The notes beneath the pieces were generated by a model that saw only the letters and a program-made list of their open reading frames with translations, was not told where the DNA came from and did not search any database. The position numbers and the translations under genes were made by a program. DNA of 64,000 nt, taken from positions 64,273-128,272 of the forward strand of contig CAMYVO010000001.1 in the NCBI GenBank assembly GCA_947302485.1. The letters run 5' to 3'. The stretch comes from an uncultured Clostridium sp. (GTDB lineage: Bacteria; Bacillota; Clostridia; TANB77; CAG-508). Of this stretch, positions 63,938-64,000 are shown in pieces (the stretch's first letter is position 1; the number at the start of each line of letters is the position of its first letter).

Positions 63938-64000
63938 TCTTTCTACCAGAATATCCCCAAATAGTTCTTCTTGTGTTGTAGATACTTTACTTCTTCTTGA
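63938..64000 (-). CDS. 3' end of an upstream minus-strand gene (partial)
   Basis: Open frame …KEELFGDILVERVKNKE* running into the right edge of the window. Confidence 0.3.

Overview
Low-GC (roughly 25-30% GC) Firmicute, Clostridium-like chromosomal segment made up almost entirely of conserved housekeeping and sporulation genes, nearly all on the minus strand. In order from the left edge: secDF-like, greA, aspS with a T-box leader, mltG, pnp, rpsO, ispG, spoIIP, hisS, relA/spoT, recJ, ylbF, splB, argS, pfkA, rsmF-like, a fused MacB-type ABC transporter, mntP, copA, a Gly/Met(Ile2)/Tyr tRNA operon, tgt, queA, the rplS-trmD-rimM-khpA-rpsP-ffh-ylxM block, valS with a T-box leader, recG and ytfJ/ytfI. 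The only clear plus-strand unit is pflB-pflA (47.9-51.0 kb). No CRISPR array, transposase or recognisable defence system is evident. Loci worth a second look: (1) a single radical SAM (SPASM/twitch-type) gene at 7.7-8.6 kb that sits in a sharply GC-enriched patch with its own GC-rich terminator and looks horizontally acquired; (2) five DnaA boxes within 80 bp of a 420-bp intergenic region at 31.6 kb; (3) a direct duplication of the tRNA-Tyr 3' end enclosing about 150 bp of structured DNA just past the tRNA operon terminator, next to a two-gene module of a divergent ThyX-like protein plus an unknown protein; (4) ribosomal protein L19 with an acidic C-terminal tail of about 85 aa; (5) apparent +1 frameshifts in the 5' ends of an HD-domain hydrolase gene and rimM; (6) small plus-strand ORFs with strong SD sequences and terminators at 56.7 kb (72 aa) and 21.96 kb (16 aa followed by three strong hairpins), and a Cys-rich 29-32 aa ORF between a consensus promoter and the DUF1653-copA genes.
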